Shown: positions 9,202 through 20,992, counted from the first letter of the stretch. The stretch: DNA of 47,353 nucleotides from Limisphaerales bacterium (GCA_044225505.1 JBGAIN010000047.1:1-47353); one strand, 5' to 3'. Translations and numbers: made by a program. Notes: generated from the letters alone by a model not told the origin.

Positions 9202-11784
9202 ATGGGAATATTCCTCGGGATTGGTCTGCTGCTATGCAGTGGCGGGAGCATCGCTTCGGCCGCCTCGATGAATCTTTCACCACGCGTCGCGAATACGACG
9301 TTGCGAATGCCAGCGGTTCCACAAAGTCGAGGTTTCGCCCTCGAGAACGCTTTCGGTGAGTTTAGTTTTAATCGTCCCGTTGCGCTCCGCACGCCACCGA
9401 AGGAGACCAACCAGATCTTTGTCGTCGAACAAGGTGGGAGGATTTGGGCGATCACAAATCTTCTTTCTCCGAGCAAGACCTTGTTCCTGGACCTGTCCAA
9501 GACGGTTTTTAGTCCTGCGAACGAGGTGCTGGGCCTGACAACGATGGCTTTTCATCCGGGCTACCATACCAACGGTTGGTTTTTCGTAGGTTATACTCTG
9601 AAGACTCAGACTGCCGGGGGGGACGGACTGCATTACCGTGTCTCCCGTTTTTCCGTTGTCGCCCAGGGTGCGAATCCACCCGTCGCCACAAACGAAGTCT
9701 CCTTGATCACCCAATATTGCGGCCCGACGATGGCGCTGTGCGACGACATGACGTTTGGGTTAGACGGGTTCTTGTACATCTCGGTCCCCGATGCTAATGG
9801 GCTCCCGGCTGGTGACATTCGAACGTCGCAGCGCATCGATGCCGATTTCTTCGGTGGTGTCTTGCGAATCGACGTGGATCGCAGATTCGACAGTCTGATG
9901 CCGAATCCACACCCAGCGATCAGTACGAACTACGCGATTCCTCAGGATAATCCGTTCGTCGGAGCCACTCAATTTAACGGGGCCGAAGTGGTCTCGGGCA
10001 GTCAGGACGGAGTTTTACGCGATTGGCTTGTGCAATCTCCTGGCGGATGTTCTACGACCGGGCAACGCGCCTGCTTTTTGTCGGGGATCCTGGGCTAAAC
10101 AGCTTCGACGAGATCAATGTGATCTCAAAAGGTGCGAACTATGGCTGGCCCTTCCGGGAGGGCACAAGTTCCGGGCCGCAAGTGAGCCGCACCCCTCCCG
10201 GGTTTACGTCAATCAATCCGATCTTCCAGTTCCGCGATCCCGCCGCTGTGATTGGAGGCGTGGTCTATCGTGGGTCAACGATTACCCGATTTGGATGGGG
10301 CCTTCATTTTTGGAGACTGGGTGAACGGACCGATCCGCGCTTTGCGTTTTGCCGGCACCAACCTCGCGCCCGCACAATCGGTCGTTTCCGAACCTGAGTT
10401 GCGGCTTTGGTTTGGATCCTAGCAACGGGATGTTTTGCCTGTGAACTATACCGGGAAGATCCGTCGCCTGGTCTACAGCCCGAAATTGGTTGGGACCGCG
10501 CTGTGGCCACTTGGCAGAAACAGGCGCCTTCGCAGACTTAGCCGCGCTAACACCGAATGCTGGGATTCTGTCGTATGAAATCAACGTGCCTGCCTGGACG
10601 GACAATGCCCTCGCGCAGCACTGGTTTTCGATTCCCACGTTGAGCTCGACTCGGGTTCAACCCGAACAGCACTTTGGTTGTCTCCCACGGGCACGGTGTG
10701 GATCCACCACCTGGAGTTGGAGCTGACCAATGGAGTTTCTTCGTCCCGGCAGCGCGTGGAGACACGGTTGCTGGTGCGGACAACCGCCGGGGTTTACGGC
10801 GCGAGCTATCGCTGGAATACCGACCTTTACCGACGCGGTCCTTGTTCCTGAGGAAGGCATGGAGTATGACCTTCGCTATCCAGGCCGGTGACCAAAGCCA
10901 GACGCAAGTTTGGCGTTATCCAAGCCGATCGGAATGTCTGACCTGTCATACGCCCTTGGCCGGGTATGCACTCGGATTCAATACGGCGCAGTTGAATCGC
11001 GATCGACGGGATCAGGGTGTCGTGCAAAACCAGATCGGCGCACTGCGTGACATGGGATACTTTTCAACGAATGCTATCGCCATGGAGACACTGCCAGCCT
11101 TAGCACACCCCGCCAATGACTCCGCGAGTGTTGATTTTCGCGTCCATTCCTATTTGGTAGCGAATTGTGTGCAGTGCCACCAACCCGGAGGCATTGGCCT
11201 GGCACGTTTTGACGTTCGTCTGGGAACGCCGCTGTGGGATTCGGGGCTGATCCAGGGAAGTTTGTTCGATTCACTGGAGGATTCCGAGAACCGGGTCATC
11301 GTTCCTGGTTCCATCGCCCACTCTGCCCTCCTCACCCGGCTCGCGGAGCTCGGAGAGGATCACATGCCCCCCTTAGGGACAACCCTCCCGGATCCCTTGG
11401 CGGTGGCACTTTTCAGCGACTGGATCACCAACCGGCTAACACAACTTCAAGATTTTCCGGAATGGCAAACCAGGCGTTTCGGTTCTACAAATGCCCCGAA
11501 TGCCGCGCCCCAGGCCGATGCCGATGGTGATCGCGCAGGCAACTACCTGGAATACCTAACGGGAACCAATCCAACCGATGCGAGAGAAGCTTGGGGCATT
11601 GACGTGGGCTACAGCCCCGTCACGGGACCGGAGATTCGGTTCAATGCCCTGGCCAATCTTGGCTTCGAGGTGCAATGGACGACAAATCTACTCGATCCGA
11701 ATTCCTGGCAACCGCTCCTGGTCCCCGGCAATGCTCCCCGTGGGCGAGGCCCGGTTTTATCGCGTCCGCGTCCTCAAGCCCTAG
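9202..11784 (+). pseudogene. Glucose/sorbosone (PQQ-type) dehydrogenase beta-propeller plus cytochrome c domain protein, multiply frameshifted
   Basis: Pieces in successive frames: VVEQGGRI, AFHPGY, IPQDNPF, GANYGWPFREG, CLTCH and CVQCH heme motifs, DADGD...EYLTGTNP, terminal ARFYRVRV. Several frame changes between about 10000 and 11750. Confidence 0.8.
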
Positions 11785-11884
11785 GAATGCGGGCGTTGGC
11801 GTTCAATTCGAGATGGCTTTGGGCAAGATACTTGTTGGTTCGTCCGCGATCCTGTTGACTGTGGGCACAACCCCAGGGTGACTG

Positions 11885-14800
11885 ATGAATGTTTCGAAGC
11901 GTTGTTCGAAGTGCAGGGTAGATCTCGGAGAAAATGCTCTCGAGGGTTTGTGTCCCAAGTGCCTGCTCGCGGACGGCTTGGCATTGCTCGCGCAGCACGA
12001 CGCCTCGGTGCCGCGTGAAGATTGGACTCGCTCGACCACGCCGCTGGCGCCGGGGACCGGGACGACGCTTAGCTATTTTGGAGATTACGAGCTCATCAAC
12101 GAGATCGCGCGTGGTGGAATGGGCGTGGTGTATCGCGCGCGGCAACGGAGTCTGAACCGGTTGGTGGCGTTGAAACTGATCAGCGCGGGGGCGTTGGCGA
12201 CCGTGGAACTGGTCAAACGATTCCAAGCTGAGGCGGAAGCGGCCGCTAGCCTTTCGCATCCCAACATCGTGCCGATCTATGAAATCGGTGAACATCAAGG
12301 GCAGCATTATTTCAGCATGGGCCTAATCGAAGGCCCGAATCTCCGCGACGCTTTGGCGGAGCGTCGGAAACCTCGGCCAGAGGGTGAGAACGGAGAACGG
12401 AGTCAGAGCAACGACGATAGAACGCACCGAGGGAAGAGGGAATACATCGGGATCGATCCGAGGGAAGCGTCGCAACTCCTGATCAAGGTGGCCCACGCTG
12501 TCCATTATGCTCACCAACGTGGAGTGCTCCATCGCGATTTAAAGCCAAGCAACATTCTTTTGGACGAGGCAGGGGAGCCGCATCTCACGGACTTTGGGTT
12601 GGCCAAGCTAACTGAAAAAGAGAGCACTCTGACGCATACGAACGCGATCCTGGGAACGCCAGCATACATGGCGCCGGAACAGGCGCGGGGCGACGCTCGT
12701 GAAGTGACGACTGCGGCCGATGTCTACGGTTTGGGAGCGATGCTCTACGAGGCGTTGACAGGATCGCCCCCATTTGGCGGCGGGACGTCACTCGAGACGA
12801 TCCGGCAGGTCCTGGACCAGGAGCCGAGGCCTCCGTCGCTTTGGAATTCAAAGGTGGATCGTGATCTCGAAACGATTTGCTTGAAGTGCCTGGAGAAGGA
12901 ACCAAGCCGGCGCTATAGTTCCGCGGCCAGCCTGGCGGCGGAATTGGAACGGTGGGGGCGCGGTGAGCCGATTCTCGCTCGCCGTGGCAGTGCGGGAGAG
13001 CGTCTGCGGAAATGGGCGCGGCGCAGGCCGGCTGTCGCTGCGTTGAGTGTCCTGTCGATTCTTTTGGTGCTCGGTTTGGCCATTGGCTCGACCGTGGCTG
13101 CCTGGCGCATTGACGCGGCCAAAGGAGTCGCCGTGCGCACAGCGGCTCAGCTCCGTGTCAGTCTTTACGCGTCTGACATGAGCGTGGCCTATCAAAGCTG
13201 GCAGTCCGGCGGTGCGGCCCGGACTCGAGTGCTGCTCACGAATCAAATTCCCGCCCCTGGCGAAACGGACTTGCGCGGCTGGGAGTGGCGCTACCTCTGG
13301 CTCGTGACGCGACCACTGGAGTTAGACGAATTTGAAACCAAAGGCGATTCAGTGCTTGGCATGGAGATTTCGCCCGATGGACGCCATATGATCACGTGTG
13401 GTGGCTCGGCCACTAGCAAGGGACAAGGTCGATGGTGGGACGCGGCCACGCACCGGCCAGTGACTCAGCTCGGTCCGGATTTTGGATGGGGTTACTGCAT
13501 ACGGTTTTCGCCCGATGGCAAGCTCTTCCTCACGGCTCATGCGGAGGAGCAAAAGGTGCGCATCTGGGACGCTGCCACCCAACAACCTTTGGGAGTGTTT
13601 ACCAATCACACCCTGGAAGTCTGCTCAGCGGCATTTGTTCCGGGTGGAACGACCGTAGTCTCCACAGGTGGCTTTCCTTATTCAACCAACTTACTGGGAG
13701 AATTGAAACTCTGGGATGCCCGCGATTTCAGTGAGATCGGAACATTTGACCACGTCGATTTTCCTTTAGTGCAATGCGACGCATCGTCGGACGGCCGCCT
13801 CGTGGCTGCTTCTGGAGTTGGGCCGATCGTCCAGGTCTGGGATTCGCACACGCGGCAGCGTGTGCGTCAGTTCTCGGGGCATTCAACCCGAGACACTGGC
13901 ATGGTCTTGGGGCTTCGGTTTAGCCCGGACGGCAAACTGCTCGCGACGGGGGATTACGGCGGAGTCGTCCGTCTCTGGGATTTGCAGACGGGTAACGCGA
14001 CCGTCATCGGGTTTCACCGAGAACCCGTTCTCACGGTGAACTTTTCACCCGATGGAACGCGCCTTGCCTCTGCGGGATACGATCACACGGTAAAACTCTG
14101 GGACGTCGTGCAACGGTGCGAAGTGGCCACGCTTCGAGGGCATGCCAACCGGGTCTGGTCGGTGGCCTTCGCGCGTGACGGAAGAACGATCACCAGTGGC
14201 GACGGCTTAGGCATAGTAAAAGTCTGGGATGCGAATCCGCCTCCCGAGAACGCTGTTTTCACTCGAAGCGCGTATCAAGGTGGAGTTGGTTACTCTTCGG
14301 ACGGGCGATTTCTGGCCTGGCGGGATACGGATACTATCAGTGTCTGGGATACATCAAAAAAAATCGTGGTGCAGCGATTAGAAGGGGACAATTTCGTATT
14401 CTCTCTTAAAAACGAGTTTGTTGCCGTCGAGAGTCGGAAGGGGGAGCTGCAGATTTGGCGGTTACAGCCTTTAATAGAACGTTTGAATGTGCGCGAGATC
14501 AGAGCGGATCGCTACGCGTTCTCGGCGGACGGAAGTCGATTCGCGGCAGGCAATGGGGAAGGGGAGATTGTGGTCTGGACGTTGCCCAGTTGGCAAGAGC
14601 GGGCGTCGCTGAGTGTTACCGCGCAAAGCCGAGACCATTCGTTCGCCCCGGATGGAGAGTCTCTCTTGTCTCTCGAACGAACCCAGGTGACGCAATGGCG
14701 AATCGCCGATGGTCGACCTCTTGGTACTGTCCTGACCTTTCCAGAGGTGATCAATGCTTACTGCACCTCTCCGGACGACCGTCTTTTGGCTTTAGGTGGC

Positions 14801-15127
14801 AGGGATGGCACCGTGCAGTTGAACGATCTGACCACGCGACGAGTCCGTGCGACTCTCGTGACCGGAGCTGGGGAGGTCAAGAGTTTGGCGTTTTCCAGCG
14901 ATAGCAAAACCCTGGCGGTCGGATCCTTTGAAGGGGGGATTCACCTTTGGAACGTGGCTTCCGGACGCCAAGTCGGCTTGCTGTCCGGACATTTGAGTTT
15001 TGTGCACTCGCTCGCTTTTTCTCCGGACGGAACGGCCCTGGCCAGCGGGAGTTTTGATCACACCCTCCGGGTTTGGAAGTCCTTGGCACCGCAAGAATCG
15101 TCAGGATCAGCCCGTTCCGCGCGCTAA
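11885..15127 (+). CDS. Ser/Thr protein kinase with N-terminal Zn ribbon, TM helix and WD40 repeats
   Basis: CSKC..CPKC; GGMGVVY, VALK, HRDLKPSN, DFGLAK, YMAPEQ; hydrophobic helix; repeated FSPDG...WD. Confidence 0.95.
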   Translation: MNVSKRCSKCRVDLGENALEGLCPKCLLADGLALLAQHDASVPREDWTRSTTPLAPGTGTTLSYFGDYELINEIARGGMGVVYRARQRSLNRLVALKLISAGALATVELVKRFQAEAEAAASLSHPNIVPIYEIGEHQGQHYFSMGLIEGPNLRDALAERRKPRPEGENGERSQSNDDRTHRGKREYIGIDPREASQLLIKVAHAVHYAHQRGVLHRDLKPSNILLDEAGEPHLTDFGLAKLTEKESTLTHTNAILGTPAYMAPEQARGDAREVTTAADVYGLGAMLYEALTGSPPFGGGTSLETIRQVLDQEPRPPSLWNSKVDRDLETICLKCLEKEPSRRYSSAASLAAELERWGRGEPILARRGSAGERLRKWARRRPAVAALSVLSILLVLGLAIGSTVAAWRIDAAKGVAVRTAAQLRVSLYASDMSVAYQSWQSGGAARTRVLLTNQIPAPGETDLRGWEWRYLWLVTRPLELDEFETKGDSVLGMEISPDGRHMITCGGSATSKGQGRWWDAATHRPVTQLGPDFGWGYCIRFSPDGKLFLTAHAEEQKVRIWDAATQQPLGVFTNHTLEVCSAAFVPGGTTVVSTGGFPYSTNLLGELKLWDARDFSEIGTFDHVDFPLVQCDASSDGRLVAASGVGPIVQVWDSHTRQRVRQFSGHSTRDTGMVLGLRFSPDGKLLATGDYGGVVRLWDLQTGNATVIGFHREPVLTVNFSPDGTRLASAGYDHTVKLWDVVQRCEVATLRGHANRVWSVAFARDGRTITSGDGLGIVKVWDANPPPENAVFTRSAYQGGVGYSSDGRFLAWRDTDTISVWDTSKKIVVQRLEGDNFVFSLKNEFVAVESRKGELQIWRLQPLIERLNVREIRADRYAFSADGSRFAAGNGEGEIVVWTLPSWQERASLSVTAQSRDHSFAPDGESLLSLERTQVTQWRIADGRPLGTVLTFPEVINAYCTSPDDRLLALGGRDGTVQLNDLTTRRVRATLVTGAGEVKSLAFSSDSKTLAVGSFEGGIHLWNVASGRQVGLLSGHLSFVHSLAFSPDGTALASGSFDHTLRVWKSLAPQESSGSARSAR

Positions 15128-15258
15128 GCGGCTTAAGGGCGTAACCCATCGAGAGATCGTCTCCGATCTTGTCGGCGTCACTTCACTTCTGTCTTACTTC
15201 GAGCCCAGCCCTTAAGTTTCTTTTTCTCGCGAGCCAACCACCGGGCGCTCCGTCGATT

Positions 15259-17019
15259 TCATTCCGCGCTACGATAGACAAACTCTCCGTTAAACATTGT
15301 CCAAAGCACGCGAGTCTCTTTCATGGCTTCGGGTGGCACAACCAGGACATCGCGGTCGAGCAGGATCATGTCGGCCTTTTTCCCAGGCTCTAAAGACCCA
15401 ATCCGATCTGATAGGCCAAGGGCGCGCGCCGCGTGGCGTGTGTAGGCCAAGAGCATCGCTTCCCTGGGCATGGACTGCTCTGCATTCAACACGCCTTTCG
15501 GCCCGCGGCGGGTCTCAGCCTGGTAAATCGCCTCGAACACGTTGGGAGTTGAGACGGACCAATCACTGGCCCCGGCAATCGTCGCTCCGGCATGCAACAG
15601 CGCCCGGGCGGCATATTGCCATGGGTAAATCGCAGGCGCGACATACGGTTGGACGAGGTCAATGGCGTCCGGGTTGGCCGACGCCCAGTATAGCTGAAAG
15701 GAAGCAATGACTCCGAGTTCGGCAAAGCGGGCAAAATCCGCCGGATCGATCCACTGAAGATGCGTAATGGTATGCGGTCGGTGACTTGGCCCGTTCGCTT
15801 GGCGGGCCGCGCCAATGCCGTTCAAAGTCTCACGCACCGCGCGATCTCCGATGGCGTGCACATGGATCATCAAGTCGTTTCGATCCGCTGCGATACATAG
15901 GTCAGCGAAACGCGCCGGGTCAAAAAGCAGCTCACCGGACAGTCCGCTGTTTCGATAGGGACTGAGCATGGCTGCGCTCTGAGACGGGCTCTCGGCGACG
16001 CCATCGGCGTAAACTTTAATGCCCGGGATGGTCAGGTTCGTGACCCCCCAGAAAGCCTTCCGTAGTTCTTGCACGCGTCGGAGTTCGGATAAGACGTCCT
16101 GGTGCGGATCTACCCGCGGAAAAGCTGCCGCGCGCGCTGTGAGTTGACCGCGTTCGGACAAGCCTTGATAAATCCGCAAAACGTTCGTGTCCCAAACCGG
16201 CTCCAGCCAAGCGGTGATTCCTGACCGATTGAAATAGCGGACGGCGGCGTCGCCGCCTTTTAGCAAGGCTTCATCCGAGATCGGGGGCAACGTCGCGTCG
16301 ATGCGCTCCACTCCAGCGTCGACCCCAAAGCCATTAGGTTCCAGTTGATCATCGAGCCCATAATATTTGCGCTGCGATTCCGTGAGTGTGAGGATGAATT
16401 CCCGAGTTACTCCCGCCCGGCGGCGCATCGGCACGTTAGCCCAAACGGTGTGGTAATCCATCCCGCGCAAGATTACCGGCGTGGTGGCGAATGGCTCGGC
16501 GTTGAACTTCGCGTTCAGTTCCGCATTTTTCGACCAGAATCGCAAAGGCACTCCCGTGATCTCAAGGATATCCCCGCGCATACCGCGTCCGGTTCGCTTT
16601 GCTTCGGTGACGAAGTCAGCGAGTTTCTCAACGGTCTCGACTCGTTCCCCGACATCGGTGCCGGTCAACGTTGGGCCACTCGCGATCGGGTGCATGTGAC
16701 TGTCGATGAAGCCAGGAAGCAGTGTCCGCCCCTGCAGGTCCACCAATTCTGGACCAGAGCGGCTCGCGGCTACCGCTTCCGCTTTGGTCCCACAGGCCAG
16801 AATGGTGCTGCCGCGAATGGCAATGGCCTCTGCGTACGGCCGGTTAGGCGCGGCGGTGAATATTTTCGCGTTGAAAAAGACACGGTCTGGCGTCGTCACC
16901 GAGTCTGGCGCGGCAACCAGGCGCGTCGTGGGACAAAGGCAAACGGCAAGAAGAAAGAGCCTGGTCCAGAGCAATGTCCCCGCCGCCGTCGAAGCCCGAG
17001 CAGTCGCCGTATCCTTCAT
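15259..17019 (-). CDS. Amidohydrolase family 3 (YtcJ-like), signal peptide
   Basis: PGFIDSHMH, KVYADG, HAIGDRAV, ASDW, GSLEPGKKAD. Confidence 0.9.
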   Translation of the reverse strand: MKDTATARASTAAGTLLWTRLFLLAVCLCPTTRLVAAPDSVTTPDRVFFNAKIFTAAPNRPYAEAIAIRGSTILACGTKAEAVAASRSGPELVDLQGRTLLPGFIDSHMHPIASGPTLTGTDVGERVETVEKLADFVTEAKRTGRGMRGDILEITGVPLRFWSKNAELNAKFNAEPFATTPVILRGMDYHTVWANVPMRRRAGVTREFILTLTESQRKYYGLDDQLEPNGFGVDAGVERIDATLPPISDEALLKGGDAAVRYFNRSGITAWLEPVWDTNVLRIYQGLSERGQLTARAAAFPRVDPHQDVLSELRRVQELRKAFWGVTNLTIPGIKVYADGVAESPSQSAAMLSPYRNSGLSGELLFDPARFADLCIAADRNDLMIHVHAIGDRAVRETLNGIGAARQANGPSHRPHTITHLQWIDPADFARFAELGVIASFQLYWASANPDAIDLVQPYVAPAIYPWQYAARALLHAGATIAGASDWSVSTPNVFEAIYQAETRRGPKGVLNAEQSMPREAMLLAYTRHAARALGLSDRIGSLEPGKKADMILLDRDVLVVPPEAMKETRVLWTMFNGEFVYRSAE

Positions 17020-17158
17020 ATAGCCCTGTGTGTTACAGCCGCTAGGGTGAGCTGTCAGTGCCAAAATTAAGAGTGTGCGCGGAGTCCGTCGTGCGCTCGC
17101 CAAGGGGTTGACCTCGGTTGGCTTTGAAATGCGCGAGCGCACACGGTTTCCCCAACGG

Positions 17159-17470
17159 CTATGCGGCGCGCTCATTCGCGGAGGCAGCTTTCCTCAGTTG
17201 CTTGCCAACCACAAATGCCGAAATGACATTCACGACCGCCAATGCCACTGCCAGGATCAGCACGGGCATGGCATAATCTCGAAAAAACGTGCTGAATCCA
17301 TTGAGCACCTCCGCAATATTAGGATCGCCCATGGCGCCTTGCCGGGCCATCACGCCCGTCCAGCGGGCGAGATAGAAGTTGAAGACGAGCGAACCGACCG
17401 AGATGAACGCCAGCATCAGCGCCACCGGCCGTTGGACAGAGCCAAAACTTTGAAGGAAACAACGCTTCAT
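17159..17470 (-). CDS. Small two-TM membrane protein
   Basis: Two hydrophobic segments; no recognised family. Confidence 0.5.
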   Translation of the reverse strand: MKRCFLQSFGSVQRPVALMLAFISVGSLVFNFYLARWTGVMARQGAMGDPNIAEVLNGFSTFFRDYAMPVLILAVALAVVNVISAFVVGKQLRKAASANERAA

Positions 17471-17593
17471 ATCCTTTGGACAGGCTGACCAACTAAAACG
17501 CACGGTCGGTGCCAATTCCTGATCTGCAAGGTCTTATGCAGCGCATTGGCAGGTGAAGGAATAATACTGACAAATCTGCGCGGATAATGCTGG

Positions 17594-18649
17594 ATGCGAA
17601 CTCATTCTATGAACAGGCGAACCTTTCTCACCGGGCTTGCCCAGACGTTGGGCGGCAGCATGCTCGCGCCGGAGTTGTTCGGCGCGGATCCCCAAAGCCC
17701 TACCGGGTACGCACGCGCCAATACCGATTGGTTGGCCAAGCTTCGGTATGGGATTGGGGTGCATTGGACGGCAGCCACCGTGCCTCGCCACGGAGCCCCG
17801 CAGTCCTTCCAGAAGGCTGTGGAGGCCTTCAACGTGAAACAATTTGTCGAGCAATTGGTTTATGCCGGAGCAGAATATCTGCTCTTCACCTCGACCCACG
17901 CCTTGCAGAAGCTTCCTGGTCCGAATCCCGTGATAGACCGAATCTCGCCCGGACGCACCTGCGACCGGGATTTGATCGGCGAATTGGTTCGCGAGCTCCG
18001 GACCAAGAACTTGCCCTTGTTGGTTTATTACAACCATAGCTGTAATTCCAAAGACGATCCGGAGTGGGAACAAGCTGTCGGATATCACCGTCCCCAAAAG
18101 GACGGGTTCGCGCAGAACCTCCTGGAGATCATCTCGTGGATGGGAGAGCGTTACGGAGAAGGGATTCGCGCGTGGTGGTTTGATAGTCCTTATTCGCTTG
18201 ATGTGCGAGGTCCTAACAACAGTGTCACCACGGACCTGGCGGGATTTCAGTTTCCCTGGGAGAGATTCACAGCCGCGGCCAAGCGGGGCCATCCTTCCCG
18301 CCTGGTGACCTACAACGCGGGAGTCAACGAGACGTTTCTTTACACCACGCACCAGGATTATTGGGCCGGCGAGATGGTCGATCTCAAACACCCTCCCACC
18401 GGCCGTTTCCAGTCCAATGGACTCCAATGGTTCGGTTGGACCCCTCTTGAAGACCGAGCTTGGGTCCACCATCAGCGAGACATCGAAATCCCTAAACCGA
18501 TCTATGCGGATGACGACCTCGTGGCGTTTCTACAACGCGCCAAAGCTCACCAAGCGCCGATGACGTTCAATGTGGGGATTTACCAGGACGGAACCATGGC
18601 CGAGGCGTCGGTCGAGCAACTGCATCGTTTGAATCGCCTTTTGATCTAA
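17594..18649 (+). CDS. Alpha-L-fucosidase-like (GH29-type TIM barrel), Tat signal
   Basis: NRRTFL twin-Arg; YGIGVHW; FTSTHA; RAWWFD nucleophile motif. Confidence 0.75.
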   Translation: MRTHSMNRRTFLTGLAQTLGGSMLAPELFGADPQSPTGYARANTDWLAKLRYGIGVHWTAATVPRHGAPQSFQKAVEAFNVKQFVEQLVYAGAEYLLFTSTHALQKLPGPNPVIDRISPGRTCDRDLIGELVRELRTKNLPLLVYYNHSCNSKDDPEWEQAVGYHRPQKDGFAQNLLEIISWMGERYGEGIRAWWFDSPYSLDVRGPNNSVTTDLAGFQFPWERFTAAAKRGHPSRLVTYNAGVNETFLYTTHQDYWAGEMVDLKHPPTGRFQSNGLQWFGWTPLEDRAWVHHQRDIEIPKPIYADDDLVAFLQRAKAHQAPMTFNVGIYQDGTMAEASVEQLHRLNRLLI

Positions 18650-18656
18650 CTGGGCT

Positions 18657-19127
18657 GTGGAGCTTCCAGAACAGAAGGGGACTTACATCCTCGTTGCGTC
18701 CCTGGCGAAGGAACAGCGGCTGGAGATCGGGCGTTTAGGTCGGCACGACTTACGGCCCGGGTTTTATCTCTATGTGGGCAGCGCGCTCGGATCTGGGGGG
18801 CTGCGAGCTCGTTTGAGCCATCACCTGGAATCCAGCGCTGAGCCGCATTGGCATATCGATTACCTGCTTCGGATCGCCACGCTAGAAGAAATCTGGTTCG
18901 CGATGGCCGACACCAAACTCGAACACCACTGGGCCGACCTGCTGGAAAAGGCTCCGCAATTTCAGGTGCCGATCGCCCGGTTTGGCGCCTCGGATTATCA
19001 CCGCAGCCGGGCTAGCCATCTCTTCTCCGCCAAGCGCCGACCTTCTTTCGCATGGTTTCAGCAACGACTCCGGAGCGAGTTCGATGCGAGCGTTCGCGCG
19101 GTCCAATACCGCGTGTCACTCGGTTAA
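18657..19127 (+). CDS. DUF123 / GIY-YIG (Uri) superfamily nuclease
   Basis: KGTYIL, GFYLYVGSALGSGGLRARL, HWHIDYL, FGASD. Confidence 0.85.
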   Translation: MELPEQKGTYILVASLAKEQRLEIGRLGRHDLRPGFYLYVGSALGSGGLRARLSHHLESSAEPHWHIDYLLRIATLEEIWFAMADTKLEHHWADLLEKAPQFQVPIARFGASDYHRSRASHLFSAKRRPSFAWFQQRLRSEFDASVRAVQYRVSLG

Positions 19128-20896
19128 CAGGACCTTTATACCTCCAGCCTCCACACCGCCTGGAGTCAGCGAAATCTCGTGACGCGCATTGGAGCTATCT
19201 CGGTCCGCCACTTGGACTCGGAACTGAAAGGTTTCCCCCGCTTTGAGGCGTAAGGGTCGATTCAAACGGGCGGGGATGGCCACTTCGTAGGTGGTCTTGC
19301 CGCTATTGCGGCGCACAGCGAGTCGCACGTCCTTGTTCACCGTCTCCGCGGAAAGGCCCTCTCCGATGTAAGAAAAGACTTCCGGTCCAGCTTGGGTGAG
19401 AGATATGCCCCAGGCCCAATGATCGATCCCGAACTCAATGGCGTCCGCCAGCCAAACGATATCTCCGGCATACGGCTGGCAATGGTCGTTATCGGTGATC
19501 TCGAAGGCCAAATACAGGTTTTGGTCGTCCCATAGGGCACGACATTGGCCGCTGAGATCACTCGGATCGTAGGCACCGGTTTCAAAGCCGGAGAGATACG
19601 TCAACGCCATTGGGCCTGCCGCGTTCCATTCGTCCAGCACTCCATCCATGTGAACGGGAAGCCGGGCGCGAGGCGCTGCGGCAACGGGGATCAACGGAAG
19701 ATCCAGAGTGACGTCTACGGGAGGGCCAAACTGGGTGTTCGCGTAGCGTGTCTTGAAAGAAGGAACGGGAAAACGAGCCTTGTCCGGTGACTCCGCTCGG
19801 ACATGAAACTGAATGTCCACTTTCCCATGACCTTCCACGCTGTAATCCTTGGCGACAGGCTCAACCTTCCATCCGTCCGGGACGGTCCACGTTACGGAGG
19901 AACGGAAGGGTGCAGCGAGAGAGTTGGTGATATGGACGGTGACATCACGGTCGACCCCTTGGCCTGTGGGCACGGTGACCTCGTCGCAAACGATCCATTC
20001 ATGCCGTAGAGCGTGCAACTCGGCCGCCCGATCGTTAGTGAACACATCGGGTGGAAGGACGGCACCCGGTTTCATCACGGCCCAGTTCACCTGGTCGCCT
20101 CGCACGCGAACGAACAGGTAATGGTTAAACCGGCCCTCCGCCTCACCGCCCTGGCCAAATCGCGCTCCGCCTCCGCAGATCACGTAATGCACGCCGTTGC
20201 GAATGCCAAAGTCGCGATAGCCATGTTGGTGACCCGCAAACACCGCGCGCACGGGATGCCCTTGGAACAGGTCCGCCATTCGTTTCCAGCGTCCTGCCCA
20301 GACCTCCTCGATCTTGCCGGGATCGTCGTAAGAGACGAAGTAGGGTTGGTGCATGAAAATCAGGATGTTCTTCGCCTGGGTCGATTCCAGTTCCCGTTTC
20401 AGCCAGGCAAACTGCGTGTCGGAAATGACATCGAGCGCATCGACTTCTTCGGTATTCAGCATGATGAACGTCCCATGCGTTCCTGCCAGAGGCGCTCGGA
20501 CAAGGCGTCGCTGATATCATGATTGCCCGGGGCCGACAGGTAAGGCACGCGGCATTCCGCAATCGTCTTCTCAAAAAGGTCCCATTGCGGCGGCACGTTG
20601 TTCGCCGATCCTCCCAAAACCAGGTCTCCAACCTCGAGGGCAAAGGCCGGCTGGAGAAGGTTCCATTCCCGGATCATTCCTTTGAACAGGTCGGTTTGGT
20701 AGACAAGTTGGCGGTTGGAATGAGTATCTCCGGTGACAACGAAATCAAACGCGTCGGGCGAGGCCGGCGGCGTCTGTTGGAGTCGCGCCAGTGAATTCAG
20801 AAGGATCGGTTCGGCCGTGGCTGTTGGCAGCGTGCCGTTGCCCAAGAGAACAAACCCTAGCGCCAGCGTGGACGGAAGAAATTGGAGCGGCGTCAT
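19116..20896 (-). pseudogene. Secreted calcineurin-like metallophosphoesterase plus C-terminal CBM9-like domain, split near 20460
   Basis: Upstream part: signal peptide, GDTH, VGDLV, PGNHD. Downstream part: FMHQP, FAGHQH, MDGVLDEW...LWDDQNLYL. Frame break near 20460. Confidence 0.8.
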
Positions 20897-20992
20897 GGGT
20901 GGGATTTTGTCGTCAGTAGAAGCGTCTTATCAATACAAACTCGGCGCCGTAAATACGAAGGGCGTGATACAACGTGGACGAAGTCACTCGCC

